From the human T2T-CHM13v2.0 reference genome, Homo sapiens: a stretch of 64,000 bases of DNA. The stretch lies in the NCBI RefSeq assembly GCF_009914755.1, contig NC_060929.1. One strand, written 5' to 3'. Shown here in pieces: positions 61,239-64,000 of this stretch. Position numbers and translations under genes: made by a program. Each line of letters opens with the position of its first letter. The first letter of the stretch is position 1. The notes beneath the pieces were generated by a model. It was given only the letters and a program-made list of their open reading frames with translations, had not been told where the DNA came from and made no database searches.

Positions 61239-63050
61239 AGATATAGCTGTTTCTAATGAAAACTTCAAAGTACTCCAATTATCCACTTGCAGATTCTACA
61301 AAAAGAGAGTTTCAAAACTGCACTATCAAAAGGAAGGTTCAACTCTGTGAGTTGAATGCACACATCACAAGGAAGTTTCTCAGAATGCTTCTGTCTAGTT
61401 TTTATGTGAAGATATTCCCGTTTCCAATGAAGCCCTCAAAGCAGTCCAAATAAACACTTGCAGATTCTACAAAAAGAGTGTTTCAAAACTTCTGTTTGAA
61501 AAGAAAGGTTCAACTCTGTGTGTTGAATGCAAACATCACAAAGAAGTTTCTGAGAATGCTTCAGTCTTGTTTTTATGTTAAGATATTTCCGTTGCTAACG
61601 AATACCTCAAAGCAGTCAAAATATCCACTTGCAGATTCTACAAAAAGAGTGTTTCAAAACTGCTCTATCCAAAGAAAGGTTAAACTCCATGGGTTGAATG
61701 CAAACATCACAAACTAGTTTCTGAAAGTGCTTCTTTCTAGTTTTTTATTTAAAGAAATTACCTTTTCTACAGAGGCCTCAAAAGGTTCCAAATATCCACT
61801 TTCAGATTCCACAAAAAGAGTGTTTCAAATCTGCTCTACAAAAGTAGGGTTCAACTCTGTGAGTTGAATGCACACATCACAAAGTAGTTTCTGAGAATCC
61901 TTCTGTCTAGTTTTTATGTGAAGCTATTCCCGTTTCCAATGAAGGCCTCACAGCATTTCAAATATCCACTTTCAGATCATACAAAAAGTGTGTTTGGAAA
62001 CTGCTCTATCAAAAGGAAGGTGTAACTCTGTCAGTTGAATGCACACATCAGAAAAAAGTTTCTGAGAATGCTTCTGTCTAGTTTTTCTGTGAAGATATTC
62101 CCATTTCCAAAGAAGGCCTCAAGGCAGTCCAAATATCCACTTGCAGATTCTACAAAAGGAGGGTTTCAAAACTGCTCTATCAAAAGAAAGATTAAACTCT
62201 GTGAGCTGAATGCACCCAAAACAAAGCAGTTTCTGAGAATGTTTCTTTCTAGTTTTTATGTGAAGATATTCCCATTTCCAACGAAGGTTCCAAAGTACTC
62301 CAGATATCCACTTGGAGATCCTACAATAAGAGTTTTTCAAAACTGCTCTATCAAAAGGAAGGTTCAACCCTGTGAGTTGAATTCACACATCACAAAGAAG
62401 TTTCTGAGAATGCAACTGTCTAGTTTTTATGTGAAGATATAGCCGTTTCCAATGAAGACTTCAAAGTACTCCAATTAACCACTTGCAGATTCTACAAAAA
62501 GAGTGTTTCAAAACTGCTCTATGAAAAGGAATGTTCAACTCCGTGACTTGAATGCACACATCACAAAAAAGTTTCTGAGAATGCTTCTGTCTAGTTTTAA
62601 TGTGAAGATATTCCCATTACCAAAGAAGGCCTCAAAGCAGTACAAATATCCACTTGCAGATTCAACAGAAAGAGTGTTTCAAAACTGCTCTATCAAAACA
62701 ATGGTTCAACTCTGTGAGTCGAATGCAGACATCACAAAGTAGTTTCTGAGAATGCTTCTGTCTCGTTTTTATGTGAAGATATTTCTTTTTCCACCATAGT
62801 CCTCAAAGTTCTCCCAATGTCAACTTGCAGATTCTACAAAAAGTGTGTTACAAAACTGTTATATCAAAAGAAAGGCTCAATTCTGTAAGTTGAATGCACA
62901 CACCACAAAGATGTTTCTCAGAATGCTTTTGTCTAGTTTTTATGTGAATATATTCCAGTTTCCAATGAAGACTTCAAAGGAATAGAATTTTCCACTTGCA
63001 GATTCTGCAAAAAGAGGGTTTCAAAACTACTTTATCAAAAGAAAATTTAA
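61239..63050 (-). repeat. Alpha satellite spacer (~10.6 monomers) between two head-to-head L1s
   Basis: 171-bp monomers; the B-type boxes here appear core-mutated (caatga, cccatt). Confidence 0.98.
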
Positions 63051-64000
63051 GGGGGAGAGGAGCCAAGATGGCTGAATAGGAACAGCTCCGGTCTACAGCT
63101 TCCAGCCTGAGCGACATAGAAGACCGGTGATTTCTGCATTTCTATCTGAGGTGCTGGGTTCATTTCACTAGGGAGTCCCAGACAGTGGGGGCAGGTCAGT
63201 GGGTGCGTACACCATGCAGGAGCCGAAGCGGGGCGTGTCATTGCCTCACTCGGGAAGTGCAGGGGTTCAGGGAGTTACTTTTCCTAGTCAAAGAAAGGGA
63301 TGACAGAGGGCATCTGGAAGATTGGGTCACTCCCACCCTAATACAGCGCTTTTCCGACGGGCTTAAAAAACGGCACACCAGGAGATTGTGTCCCACACCT
63401 GGCTCAGAAGGTCCTATGCCCAGGGAGTCTACCTGATTGCTAGCACAGCAGTCTTAGATCAAACTGCAAGGCGGCAGTGAGGCTGGGGGAGGGGCGCCCA
63501 CCATTGCCCAGGCTTGCTTAGGTAAACAAAGCAGCCAGGAAGCTGGAACAGGGTGGAGCCCACCACAGCTCAAGGAGGCCTGCCTGCCTCTGTAGGCTCC
63601 ACCTCTGGGGGCAGGGCACAGACAAACAAAAAGACAGCAGTAACCTCTGCAGACTTAAGTGTCCCTGTCTGAAAGCTTTGAAGAGAGCAGTGGTTCTCCC
63701 AGCACACAGCTGGAGATCTGAGGACCAGCAGACTGCCTCCTCAAGTGGGTCCCTGACCCCTGACACCCCAGAAGCCTAACTGGGAGGCACTTCCTAGCAG
63801 GGGCAGACTGACACCTCACACGGCCAGGTACTCCAACAGACCTGCAGCTGAGGGTCCTGTCTGTTAGAAGGAAAACTAACAAACAGAAAGCACATCCACA
63901 CCAAAAACCCATCTGTACATCACCATCATCAAAGACCAAAAGTAGATAATACCACAAGGATGGGGAGAAAACAGAGCAGAAAAACTGGAAACTCTAAAAA
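63051..64000 (+). mobile_element. 5' end of a LINE-1 (L1PA2/late L1PA3-like): complete 909-bp 5'UTR and ORF1 start; runs off the window
   Basis: gggggagaggagccaagatggctgaatagg start. The ggtactccaacagacc junction is the 129-bp-deleted form. ORF1 ATG at 63960 (MGRKQSRKTGNSK). Confidence 0.97.

Overview
Primate (human or great-ape) pericentromeric DNA. About 48 kb is ~171-bp alpha satellite in a single orientation (CENP-B boxes read on the minus strand). It is interrupted by four young L1PA2/late-L1PA3-like LINE-1 insertions: a twin-primed 2.1-kb copy, two near-full-length minus-strand copies, and the 5' end of a plus-strand copy. There is also one 490-bp non-satellite retro-insertion. The satellite is layered. 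1-4950 is the edge of a 4090-bp (24-monomer) higher-order repeat, and 4950-8120 is a decayed fringe built from the same monomer types. From about 8120 comes SF5-like (R1/R2) divergent satellite, CENP-B-box-rich to about 36 kb and more A-box-rich afterwards, with local duplications and near-identical conversion patches. There are no host genes; nearly all satellite ORFs are artefacts of the 171-bp period. The most unusual signal is that the L1s share private variants in a mosaic pattern. The two long copies share an identical ORF1 frameshift and an identical 5' end despite different insertion sites and tails. L1 consensus comparisons are from memory and need checking by alignment. I found no novel protein-coding system.
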